Source: Burkholderiales bacterium (GTDB lineage: Bacteria > Pseudomonadota > Gammaproteobacteria > Burkholderiales > Ga0077523). From it: a stretch of 64,000 nucleotides of DNA. The translations under genes were made by a program, and so were the position numbers. Position 1 is the stretch's first letter. Every line of letters starts with the position of its first letter. The stretch covers positions 2,403 to 66,402 of the forward strand of contig JAIEQG010000040.1 in NCBI GenBank assembly GCA_019747905.1, read 5' to 3'. The notes below the pieces were generated by a model that worked only from the letters and a program-made list of their open reading frames with translations, was not told where the DNA came from and did not search any database. This document shows, one piece after another, positions 1 through 8,048 of this stretch.

Positions 1-380
1 AAGATGCCTTCGGTCACCACCGTGACCATGTCGACCCCTTCGTGCCGGCTCGACACGATGAAAGGGGCGGGCTTGTAGTCGGGGTACGTGGTGCCGGCAC
101 CGATACCGGTGACGAAGAGCGGCGCATCGGCGAGCACCTCGCCCTTCCAGTCGCGATCGAGGAACCGCACGACCTGCCCGTCCTGCTCGATCACCTTCTG
201 CGCGATCACCAGCGGATCGACGCGGGCGAGTTGCCCGCCGACGTTGGCATAGCGGTCGCAGGCGCCGGTCTTGCCGGGACGGATGATGCAGAGCACCGGA
301 CAGGCGTCGCAGCGGACGTTGCCGGGTGCGACGGGTTCGTCGAGGGCTTCGGCGGAGTCTGAGGTGGTGTCGCTACGCAA
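1..380 (-). CDS. Cys-rich Fe-S protein, N-terminal part only (6-hydroxynicotinate-reductase-like); the gene continues past the left edge
   Basis: The reverse frame is open from the window edge. Translation reads ...DEPVAPGNVRCDACPVLCIIRPGKTGACDRYANVGGQLARVDPLVIAQKVIEQDGQVVRFLDRDWKGEVLADAPLFVTGIGAGTTYPDYKPAPFIVSSRHEGVDMVTVVTEGIF. From memory, the CDACPVxC...GACDRY N-terminus matches proteins annotated as 6-hydroxynicotinate reductase; this was not searched. The start is uncertain: TTG at 380 or GTG at 434. It is absent from the ORF track because the window edge truncates it. Confidence 0.5.
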   Translation of the reverse strand, partial: MRSDTTSDSAEALDEPVAPGNVRCDACPVLCIIRPGKTGACDRYANVGGQLARVDPLVIAQKVIEQDGQVVRFLDRDWKGEVLADAPLFVTGIGAGTTYPDYKPAPFIVSSRHEGVDMVTVVTEGI

Positions 381-899
381 GTCCTTGCGCTCCCATCTGT
401 CAATGTATCGGAGCCCATGGGCTCGACGGTTCACTGGCGCGCATTCCGATCGACCCTGGTCGATGTGGCGCTGCCTGCAGCGATTGTCTGAGTGGAAATC
501 ATGCCAGATTGAGTAGTGGACTGCGGTTCAACATCGGTCAAGAGCAGGTAGGAAACGTCAGATCCGTACATCCTGGGTAAATCCCAGTCCAAACGTCTTC
601 AGAACCTCGCGCAGACGGCGGGACGGAGCCCGTCACAGGGTACTGGCATGGGTGCTGAAGGACGGGTTCGAGTACACGGAGTGGCTCGTGAACCAGGTAG
701 GTGCCGGCCTAGCCGATCTGGACGACGGCCGCTCGGTGTCCTGGGTGGAGTTGGAGGTGTTGTTGAAGTCGCGGTGGAGGGCGAGGCGTTCCCGGAGTGA
801 TTGCGCTGCGCATTGAGTATTCACGCGCCGCGTCGGAGGACGGACTGAGAGCGGCGTCGGCGTAGTAGAGGAGCGTGTGCCGATGACTCCGCCGACCAT

Positions 900-1193
900 C
901 TACGGCAGTCGTTCAGTCCAATAGCCCGGCCGGCGATGTTGGTGTGCTATGGCCAGTACCCGGATGGTGTCCTCCCTTACCATGTAGATCACCGCGTAAG
1001 GGAACCGATCCATCAGGTACCGCCGTGTCCTTCGAGTGTATGACGGCCACGTCGACGGTTGCGCGATGATGCGATTGATCGCGCGATCGAGCGCGATGAG
1101 GAAATCGTGCCCGAGACCCTGGTTCACCGCGGTGTAGTAGTCCCGGGCGTCGGCAGCCTCGGCGAGAGCTTCCTCGTCGATCTCGACCCGCAT
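900..1193 (-). CDS. Type II toxin, RelE/ParE family
   Basis: A 97-aa ORF (MRVEIDEEALAEAADARDYY...FPYAVIYMVREDTIRVLAIAHQHRRPGYW) with the typical ParE/RelE plasmid-stabilisation fold sequence. Its ATG overlaps the stop of the upstream small ORF (ATGA). Confidence 0.85.
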   Translation of the reverse strand: MRVEIDEEALAEAADARDYYTAVNQGLGHDFLIALDRAINRIIAQPSTWPSYTRRTRRYLMDRFPYAVIYMVREDTIRVLAIAHQHRRPGYWTERLP

Positions 1194-1411
1194 CAGAGCC
1201 CGAGCTTGCTACGCGCCCTGCTCCATTCGACGGCAGGACTTGCGCCGCTCTCTGCGCCGGCCGCGCGTCGCTCGACCTCTTCCTTCCAGGCGGCTTCCAC
1301 CACCGGATCGGGTTCGTCCAGGGTTTCAAGGATGCTGCCGACGAGTCTTGCACGATCCGCTGCCGAGAGCTTGCGTACGTGCTCGATGAGTTCTTCCATA
1401 GTTGGAGTCAT
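1193..1411 (-). CDS. Antitoxin (putative addiction-module component) paired with the ParE-like toxin
   Basis: A small acidic ORF, MTPTMEELIEHVRKLSAADRARLVGSILETLDEPDP.... It resembles the addiction-module-component antitoxin family and is translationally coupled to the toxin. I started it at ATG 1411 rather than the track's 1459, which avoids overlap with the upstream gene. Confidence 0.7.
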   Translation of the reverse strand: MTPTMEELIEHVRKLSAADRARLVGSILETLDEPDPVVEAAWKEEVERRAAGAESGASPAVEWSRARSKLGL

Positions 1412-1445
1412 GTCGGTCCTGCGGTTCTGGGTCAGACACTCGGAA

Positions 1446-4193
1446 TCATAAGGGATCACCGGTGTTGCGTATGGCCGCCAACAGCCGGTGCGGCAACACC
1501 GGCACGAACGCTACACGCACACCGGTCGCATGCCGGATCGCACCGAGGATCGCCGGCGGTGTGGGGATGAGCGCCGGCTCACCCACACCCTTCGCGCCAC
1601 CGGGCCCGAGCGGCTCGCGATCCTCGATGAGGATGGTCTCGATCGGTGGGATGTCGCCGATGGAGGGGATCAGGTAGTCGTGCAGGTTCTCGGTCTTGCC
1701 GGACAGATACTCTTCCATCAGCGCGAGACCGAGTCCCTGGGCAATCCCGCCGTGGATCTGCCCCTCCACCTGTTGCGGGTTGAGTGCGCGACCGACGTCG
1801 TGCGCGGCAACGATGCGCAGCACCTCGGTCGTTCCGAGCTCGAGGTCCACTTCCACTTCCGCGATCTGCGCCGCGAAGCCGTAGGTGGCGTAGGGAGTGC
1901 CCTGGCCGTCGGCGTCGAGCTTCGTCGTGGGCGGGTCGAAGCGGCCGAGGCCCACGAGCACGTCGCCGCGCTCGTCCGGTACGAGCGCGGTCAGGTCGAC
2001 CACATGGGCGCCGTGCGCATCGTCGACCGTCACCCGGCCGTGCGCGATCTCGATGCGGGCGGGTTCGGTCGCGCCGGCAACTTCGAGTACTCGTGTGCGC
2101 AGCGCCTTGCCGGCGAGCTCTGCCGCCTTGCCCGACACGAAGGCCTGGCGTGACGCCGACGACTTGCCGGCGTCCAGCGTGAGATCGGTGTCTCCGACGA
2201 TGGTGCGGAACTGCGTCATCGGCAGACCGACTGCGTCCGACACCACCTGCAGCATCGTCGTGCTGGTGCCCTGACCGATATCGGCACACCCGTTGTAGAA
2301 CGTGACCGTGCCGTCGCGCGCGATCCCCACCCGCATGTTGGATGGGTTCGACATCGCGGTGTTGCCGATGCCGTACCACATGCAGCCGATGCCGACGCCG
2401 CGTCGCGTGCGCGTGCTCGCCGCGTTGAACGCTTCGGCCACCCCTACGGCTGCGAGCCAGTGCGGCTCGAGCGCATCGAGGCACGCCACCAGGCCGCAGC
2501 TCGCTTCGAGCTTCTGCCCGGTGGCGGTGACGTGCCCCACGCGCAGTGCGTTGCGGCGTCGCAGTTCGAGACGATCGATGTCGAGCCGTGCCGCGAGATC
2601 ATCCATCAGCGCTTCGTGCGCGATCGCAGCCTGCGGCACGCCGAATCCGCGGAACGCGCCGGCCACCGGTTCGTTCGTCAGGATGGCCCGGCCGCGGGTG
2701 TGCACATGCGGCACGAAATACGGCCCCATCGCATGCACCGGCACGCGGTTCGCCACCGTCGGGCCCCAGCTCGCGTAGGCCCCGGTGTTCACCAGCGCGT
2801 CGACTTCGACCGCCTGCAGCATGCCGTTCGCGTCGGCACCGAAGCGCGCCTCGATGCGGGCCGGGTGCCGCTTGGTCGTGGCCATCATGCTTTCGGGGCG
2901 GGTGTAGACGCAGGCGACCGGGCGATCCAGCAGCCACGCGGCGAGCGCTAACAGCGGTTGCACCGAGAGATCGAGTTTGCCGCCGAAGCCACCGCCGCAC
3001 GCCGTGGGCACGATGCGGATCCGCTCGGGGCTCATGCCCATGACGATCGCCACTTCGTCGCGATCCATGTACGGTGTCTGCGTCGTGACGTGGATCTCGA
3101 TGCGCTCGCCGACGCGGCGCGCATAGCCGGCTTCAGGTTCGATGTACGCGTGCTCGACGAAGCTGGTTTCGAACGTACCCTCGGCGACGGCTGCGCAGGT
3201 ACCGAAGGCCGCAGCGGGGTTGCCATGACGCACTCTGCCTTCGATCAGCAGGTTGCCGGGCTTGGCCTGCTGCACCAGGGGAGCGCCGGTGCCCATGGCT
3301 GCGTCGAGCCCCACGACCGGAGGTTCGGGAACATACCGGATCGGCAGTGCGCCATCGGCGATCGCCTCCACGGTCGCGCGATCACCCACCAGTGCCAGCA
3401 CCGCTTCGCCGCGGTAGCGCACGATGCCGTCGGCCAGCACCGGCTGATCCTTCACGTCGGGATAGATGCCGTAGCCGTTGGAAGGTACGTCGCGTGCCGT
3501 GAGGATGCGTACCAGGCCCGGATGGGCCCGGCGTACCGCGTCGAGATCGCCGAACGTGAACGTCGCGCGTGCATGCGGCGAGCGAACGACGCGCAGCCAC
3601 AGCGCATCGGTTGGAATGACGTCCGCGCCGAACCGGTCGCTCCCCGTCAGCTTGGCGACCCCATCCCACTTCGGCGCGCGTGCCCCGAGCGCATGACCGG
3701 TCGTGGGCAGCGCTGCCAGCGGCACGTCGTTGGCGGCGTCCAGGACCGCTTCGACGATCTTGCGGTAGCCGGTGCAGCGGCAGAGCACGCCGCCGAGCGC
3801 ATCGAGCACCTCGGCCTCGTTCGGGCGGGGCTTCCGCGCGAGCAGGTCCGTGGCCGCCATCAACATGCCGGGGGTGCAGATGCCGCACTGCGCGCCCATG
3901 TGCTTGTGGAAGGCGCGCTGGATCGGGGCGAGTACGCCGTCGCGCTCTAGCCCCTCCACCGTCGTGACGGTGCGACCGGCCACCTGGCCGAGCGGAGTGA
4001 GACAGGCGCATACCTGGCGGCCGTCCAGGAGCACGGTGCAGGCACCGCAGTCGCCGGCGTTGCAGCCGATCTTGGTGCCGGTGAGCCTCAGTTCGTCGCG
4101 CAGGACGTCGGCGAGGCGCGTGATGGCGGGCGACGTCACGGCGACTTCGCGGCCGTTGACCGTGAACGGCACGATCGCCGCGAGATCGTTCAC
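1446..4193 (-). CDS. Xanthine dehydrogenase / aldehyde oxidase family protein with fused [2Fe-2S] and molybdopterin-binding subunits
   Basis: The N-terminus carries both 2Fe-2S motifs (GCNAGDCGACTV; CGICTPGMLM...CRCTGYRKI). A Moco-binding body follows (ACGGGFGGKLD, GVGEPALIPTPPAILGAI). GTG 4193 overlaps the stop of the FAD-subunit gene (GTGA). The Arg-rich 210-aa upstream extension in the track ORF lies inside that gene and was discarded. Confidence 0.85.
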   Translation of the reverse strand: MNDLAAIVPFTVNGREVAVTSPAITRLADVLRDELRLTGTKIGCNAGDCGACTVLLDGRQVCACLTPLGQVAGRTVTTVEGLERDGVLAPIQRAFHKHMGAQCGICTPGMLMAATDLLARKPRPNEAEVLDALGGVLCRCTGYRKIVEAVLDAANDVPLAALPTTGHALGARAPKWDGVAKLTGSDRFGADVIPTDALWLRVVRSPHARATFTFGDLDAVRRAHPGLVRILTARDVPSNGYGIYPDVKDQPVLADGIVRYRGEAVLALVGDRATVEAIADGALPIRYVPEPPVVGLDAAMGTGAPLVQQAKPGNLLIEGRVRHGNPAAAFGTCAAVAEGTFETSFVEHAYIEPEAGYARRVGERIEIHVTTQTPYMDRDEVAIVMGMSPERIRIVPTACGGGFGGKLDLSVQPLLALAAWLLDRPVACVYTRPESMMATTKRHPARIEARFGADANGMLQAVEVDALVNTGAYASWGPTVANRVPVHAMGPYFVPHVHTRGRAILTNEPVAGAFRGFGVPQAAIAHEALMDDLAARLDIDRLELRRRNALRVGHVTATGQKLEASCGLVACLDALEPHWLAAVGVAEAFNAASTRTRRGVGIGCMWYGIGNTAMSNPSNMRVGIARDGTVTFYNGCADIGQGTSTTMLQVVSDAVGLPMTQFRTIVGDTDLTLDAGKSSASRQAFVSGKAAELAGKALRTRVLEVAGATEPARIEIAHGRVTVDDAHGAHVVDLTALVPDERGDVLVGLGRFDPPTTKLDADGQGTPYATYGFAAQIAEVEVDLELGTTEVLRIVAAHDVGRALNPQQVEGQIHGGIAQGLGLALMEEYLSGKTENLHDYLIPSIGDIPPIETILIEDREPLGPGGAKGVGEPALIPTPPAILGAIRHATGVRVAFVPVLPHRLLAAIRNTGDPL

Positions 4194-5032
4194 AGGCGGG
4201 CTCCGAGTTCGTCGAGCAGGCGCCGAACCACCGTGAGTGCGGCGTCGGTGCGATAGCTGGCGCTGCCGCGTACGTCGTCGATGGGCTCGAGCCCGCCCAA
4301 GTGTGTCGCCGCCGCGAACCGCCCGAGCGATCGATCCGGGACCACCCCCTGCAGCGTGGCCTCCAGCGCCGGCAAGCGTCTTGCCACGGGCGAACAGGCA
4401 CCCACGGCCACGCGCGCTCGAGCGATGCGGCCGGACGCATCCACTTCGATGGTCGCCGCCGCCATGACGATCGAGATCACCAGGTATCGGCGGGCACCGA
4501 GCTTCGTGAAGTGGCTGGCGGCACTGCCGGCCGGTTTGGGCACGATCACCGCCGTGACGAGTTGGTCCGGCGAGCGGCGCGTGCGCCGGTTGCCGAGAAT
4601 GAAATCGCCCAGGCCGACGATCTCGACGCCTCTGGCCGAACACAGTTCCACGGCCGCGTCGAGGGCGAGCAGCGCAGGAACACCATCGGCCGCGGGCGAC
4701 GCGTTGCAGATGTTGCCGCAGATGGTGCCCGCGTTCTGGATCTGGACGCCGCCGATCTCGCGCGCGGCGAGTCTGAGCCCGTCGAACAGGGGAGGCAGGT
4801 CGGCCTCGGCGAGGTCGGTCCACGTGGTCGTGGCGCCGATGCGGAAGTCGCCGACGCGTTCGTCGATGCCGCGCAGTCCGGCAATGGCGCCGATGTCGAG
4901 CACGTCGTCGGTCAGCGGCTTCCCGACGCGTGCCGGATAGAAGTCGGTGCCCCCCGCAACGATGGTGAGCGCGCGGGCGTGCAGCGCGTCGAGCGCGACG
5001 TCGAGGGTGGAAGGGCGGAGGTAGAGTCCCAT
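4190..5032 (-). CDS. FAD-binding subunit of a molybdopterin dehydrogenase (CoxM/XdhB-like)
   Basis: A 280-aa ORF with AGGTDFYP, GNICNASPAADG and a C-terminal ASYRTDAALTVVRRLL segment, typical of the medium FAD subunit. It is coupled to the downstream FeS-Moco gene. Confidence 0.85.
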   Translation of the reverse strand: MGLYLRPSTLDVALDALHARALTIVAGGTDFYPARVGKPLTDDVLDIGAIAGLRGIDERVGDFRIGATTTWTDLAEADLPPLFDGLRLAAREIGGVQIQNAGTICGNICNASPAADGVPALLALDAAVELCSARGVEIVGLGDFILGNRRTRRSPDQLVTAVIVPKPAGSAASHFTKLGARRYLVISIVMAAATIEVDASGRIARARVAVGACSPVARRLPALEATLQGVVPDRSLGRFAAATHLGGLEPIDDVRGSASYRTDAALTVVRRLLDELGARL

Positions 5033-5242
5033 GGAACGCCAGTGGCAGTGCAGTTCGGCGGCGTGATCCGGCTGCTACCCACGGCGCCTCGATGCGGATA
5101 CTCTAGCGCATGCGGCGCCGCCCGAGGGGGGCGGATGGGTGCTGCCACCCTGCGCGCCGCCTGTTCCGGCGCGGCCGCGACGGCCGGACGCCGTGTCGGC
5201 TCGGGCCACTCGTCGCGGCCCGTCTTGCCAGAGGAGCTGTCC

Positions 5243-5893
5243 TTGGACATCGACATCATTTCCGACGTGGTCTGCCCCTGGTGCTTCATCGGCAAACGGC
5301 GTCTGGAGCAGGCGCTCGCCCTGTGGCGCGAGCGTCATCCGGAGGACGAGCCGCAGGTGCGCTGGCATCCCTTCGAGTTGAACCCGCAGATGCCGGCCGC
5401 GGGGATGGATCGCGCGCAGTATCTCGCGGACAAGTTCGGCGGTCCGCAGCGCGCTCGCGAAATCTATGCGCGCGTCGAGGCTGCCGGCCGCGAGGTCGAC
5501 ATTCCGTTCGATTTCAGTCGCATGCAGGTGCAGCCGAACACGTTGAATGCCCACCGCCTCATCGCCTGGGCGGGTGCCACGGGAGATCAGGGCGCCATGG
5601 TCGATGCGCTGTTCGACGGCTATTTTCTCGAGGCGCGCAACCTCGCGTCGACCGAAGTCCTGGTCGAGGTGGCCGGTGCCGCCGGCTTCGATCGCGAAGT
5701 CGCCGGCGATCTGCTTGCCTCGGACGAACTGATGGATCACGTACGCAAGGAGGAAGACACCGCTCATCGCATCGGCGTGCAGGGCGTGCCCTTCTTCATC
5801 TTCAATCAGCGCGTCGCGCTGTCGGGGGCGCAGCCGGCCGAGGTGCTGGTCGACGCGATGGAGCAGTCGCTGATGGCACTGACCGAGGAGTGA
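5243..5893 (+). CDS. DsbA-family oxidoreductase (FrnE / 2-hydroxychromene-2-carboxylate isomerase-like)
   Basis: Carries the DIISDVVCPWCFIGKRRLE thioredoxin-fold motif and GVQGVPFFIF near the C-terminus. A GAGGAG sequence lies 6 nt upstream of TTG 5243. An upstream ATG at 5135 is a possible alternative start. Confidence 0.75.
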   Translation: MDIDIISDVVCPWCFIGKRRLEQALALWRERHPEDEPQVRWHPFELNPQMPAAGMDRAQYLADKFGGPQRAREIYARVEAAGREVDIPFDFSRMQVQPNTLNAHRLIAWAGATGDQGAMVDALFDGYFLEARNLASTEVLVEVAGAAGFDREVAGDLLASDELMDHVRKEEDTAHRIGVQGVPFFIFNQRVALSGAQPAEVLVDAMEQSLMALTEE

Positions 5894-6888
5894 TCGGGCG
5901 CCCGGAGATCGACGCAGCGGCGGCACGCGTCGCGCCGTACGTACGCCGCACGCCGGTGATCGAAGTCGATGCGGCGACTCTCGGCACGCCCGCGCCGGTC
6001 GTCCTGAAGCTGGAGTGCCTGCAGCACACCGGGTCGTTCAAGCCGCGCGGAGCATTCAATCGCATCCTCTCGGCGACCGTGCCGCCAGCCGGCGTGATCG
6101 CTGCCTCCGGTGGCAATCACGGGCTGGCTGTGGCCTACGCGGCACTCGTGCTCGGTCATCGCGCCGAGATCTTCGTGCCGACCATCGCGGCACCGGTGAA
6201 GATCGAGGGTCTGCGGGCGCTCGATGCCGACGTGCGGATCGTCGGTGCGAACTACGCGGAGGCCTTCGCTGCCAGCGTGCAACGTCAACGGGAAACCGGC
6301 GCGCTCGTTGTCCATGCCTACGATCAGGAGGAGGTGCTGGTGGGGCAGGGGACGACCGCGCGCGAGCTGGAGGAGCAGGCTGGTCGCCTCGACACCGTGC
6401 TGGTTGCCGTGGGCGGCGGCGGCTTCATCGGCGGTTTCGCGGCGTGGTATGGCGGACGCACGCGCCTGATCGGCGTGGAGCCGGAAACTTCGTGTGCCCT
6501 GCACGACGCACTGGCGGCCGGGGCCCCGGTCGACGTCGAGGTCTCCGGCATCGCGGCCGATTCGCTGGGTGCGCGCCGGGTCGGTGCGCACATGTTTCCC
6601 CTCGCCCGTGCTCACGTGGAGCGGGTGGTGCTGGTGAGCGATGAGGAGATCCGCGCGGCACAGGCAGCGCTGTGGCGCCGTCTGCGGATCATCGCGGAGC
6701 CGGGTGGCGCCGCCGCAGCCGCGGCGCTGCTGGCCGGCCGCTATCGTCCGGCTGCAGGCGAACGAGTGGGAGTGCTGGTGTGCGGCGCAAACTGCGATGC
6801 CACTGGAATATCGGGTGCGGGCGCCATCAAGTCCGTCCCCGTGGGGCCGATGAAGGTATCGTCCCAAACCGGGGATCGACCAAGTTGA
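5890..6888 (+). CDS. PLP-dependent threonine/serine dehydratase-like enzyme
   Basis: Contains the PLP-lysine motif HTGSFKPRGAFN, ASGGNHG and the glycine loop VAVGGGGFIGG. GTG 5890 overlaps the DsbA-like stop (GTGA). Confidence 0.8.
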   Translation: MIGRPEIDAAAARVAPYVRRTPVIEVDAATLGTPAPVVLKLECLQHTGSFKPRGAFNRILSATVPPAGVIAASGGNHGLAVAYAALVLGHRAEIFVPTIAAPVKIEGLRALDADVRIVGANYAEAFAASVQRQRETGALVVHAYDQEEVLVGQGTTARELEEQAGRLDTVLVAVGGGGFIGGFAAWYGGRTRLIGVEPETSCALHDALAAGAPVDVEVSGIAADSLGARRVGAHMFPLARAHVERVVLVSDEEIRAAQAALWRRLRIIAEPGGAAAAAALLAGRYRPAAGERVGVLVCGANCDATGISGAGAIKSVPVGPMKVSSQTGDRPS

Positions 6889-8048
6889 AGCGAAAAGCCT
6901 GTCTCGTCGCGTTGCTGGCGGCAATCACCGCCTCCTGCGGCGACAAGGGTGAACCAGTGGCTCCCGCCAACGGGAAGCCCAACGTGGTCCCCGCAGACCC
7001 GCTGACCGTACTGCCCGAAAAGGCAGTCGCAGCCCAACTCGGCATCGAGGCAGTGAACCAGCGCCTCGTATCGAACGAGCTGCGGGTGCCCGGACGGATC
7101 GAACTGGACGAGCGCCGGGTGGCGCGCATCGGTGCCAATGCCACTGGCCGCATCACCGAAGTGCTGGTGAATCGTGGTGAAGCGGTGCGGGTCGGTCAGC
7201 CGCTCGCGCGCATTCACAGCAACGAACTCGGCACGGCGCAGTTCGCCTTGCTCAAGGCGCGGTCACAGGTGGACCTGTTCGAACGCGCTGCGGCACGCGC
7301 CCAGCAGCTCTACGAAGCTGACGTGATCGGCCTCGCGGAGCTGCAGCGGCGCGAGAACGAACTCAAGATCGGGCGTGCCGAAGTGCGGTCCGCCACGAAC
7401 CAGCTGAAGGTCCTCGGCATGACCGATGCCGAGATCGCCGAGGTGGTCGAGTCGAGTGAGATCCACTCGACATTCTCGGTGTCGTCGACGATCAACGGCG
7501 TGGTGGTGGATCGCCAGGTGACGCGCGGGCAGGTCGTGCAGCCGTCCGACGCGTTGTATACCGTCGCCGATCTCAGTTCGGTATGGGTCGTCGCGGAAGT
7601 GCCCGAGCAACAGAGCAGTGGCGTTGCGGTGGGGCAGAGCGTCGATATCGAAGTGCCCGCGTTGGCGCACGAGAAGTTGCGGACGAAGCTCATCTACGTC
7701 GATTCCATCGTGCATCCGGAGACGCGCACCGTCGTGGTCCGCTCCCAGCTCGACAACCGGCGCGGGCTCCTGAAGCCTGCGATGCTCGCGACCATCGTGA
7801 TCGAGGGGCCGGCCGAGACGGCCCTGGTGATTCCGGCCGAGGCGGTGGTGAACGAGAACGGTATCGACCACGTGTTCGTGGAAGTGGGGAGCGGCCGCTA
7901 CCGGCTCACGCCCGTCAAGGTGGACGAGGAACGCGAAGGCATCCGGGTGGTCCGGTCGGGCCTGAAGGAGGCCCAGCGCATTGTCGTGAAGGGTGCGTTT
8001 CATCTCAACAGCGACCGCAAGCGCAGGGAGCTGGAGGGAGCCACTTGA
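6885..8048 (+). CDS. Efflux RND periplasmic adaptor (CzcB/HlyD family), lipoprotein
   Basis: TTG 6885 overlaps the dehydratase stop (TTGA). The N-terminus LKRKACLVALLAAITASC has a lipobox. The protein has a coiled-coil segment and a beta-barrel segment typical of membrane-fusion proteins. Confidence 0.8.
   Translation: MKRKACLVALLAAITASCGDKGEPVAPANGKPNVVPADPLTVLPEKAVAAQLGIEAVNQRLVSNELRVPGRIELDERRVARIGANATGRITEVLVNRGEAVRVGQPLARIHSNELGTAQFALLKARSQVDLFERAAARAQQLYEADVIGLAELQRRENELKIGRAEVRSATNQLKVLGMTDAEIAEVVESSEIHSTFSVSSTINGVVVDRQVTRGQVVQPSDALYTVADLSSVWVVAEVPEQQSSGVAVGQSVDIEVPALAHEKLRTKLIYVDSIVHPETRTVVVRSQLDNRRGLLKPAMLATIVIEGPAETALVIPAEAVVNENGIDHVFVEVGSGRYRLTPVKVDEEREGIRVVRSGLKEAQRIVVKGAFHLNSDRKRRELEGAT

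Noticed and set aside
633-899. An 88-aa reverse ORF downstream of the ParE-like toxin.
   Set aside because: It has Ser/Thr/Arg/Pro-rich composition, no RBS and no recognisable family. I treated it as non-coding spacer.
4194-4823. The 210-aa Arg-rich N-terminal extension of the 1125-aa track ORF (1446..4823, minus).
   Set aside because: It lies entirely inside the FAD-subunit gene in another frame. It has low-complexity Arg/Gly/His composition. The 2Fe-2S domain begins exactly at GTG 4193, coupled to the upstream stop.
4301-5889. Long upstream extensions of the DsbA-like (4301..) and dehydratase (5110..) track ORFs.
   Set aside because: The recognisable domains start at 5243 and 5890. The extensions overlap real genes on the other strand or frame and are Arg/Gly-rich high-GC read-through.
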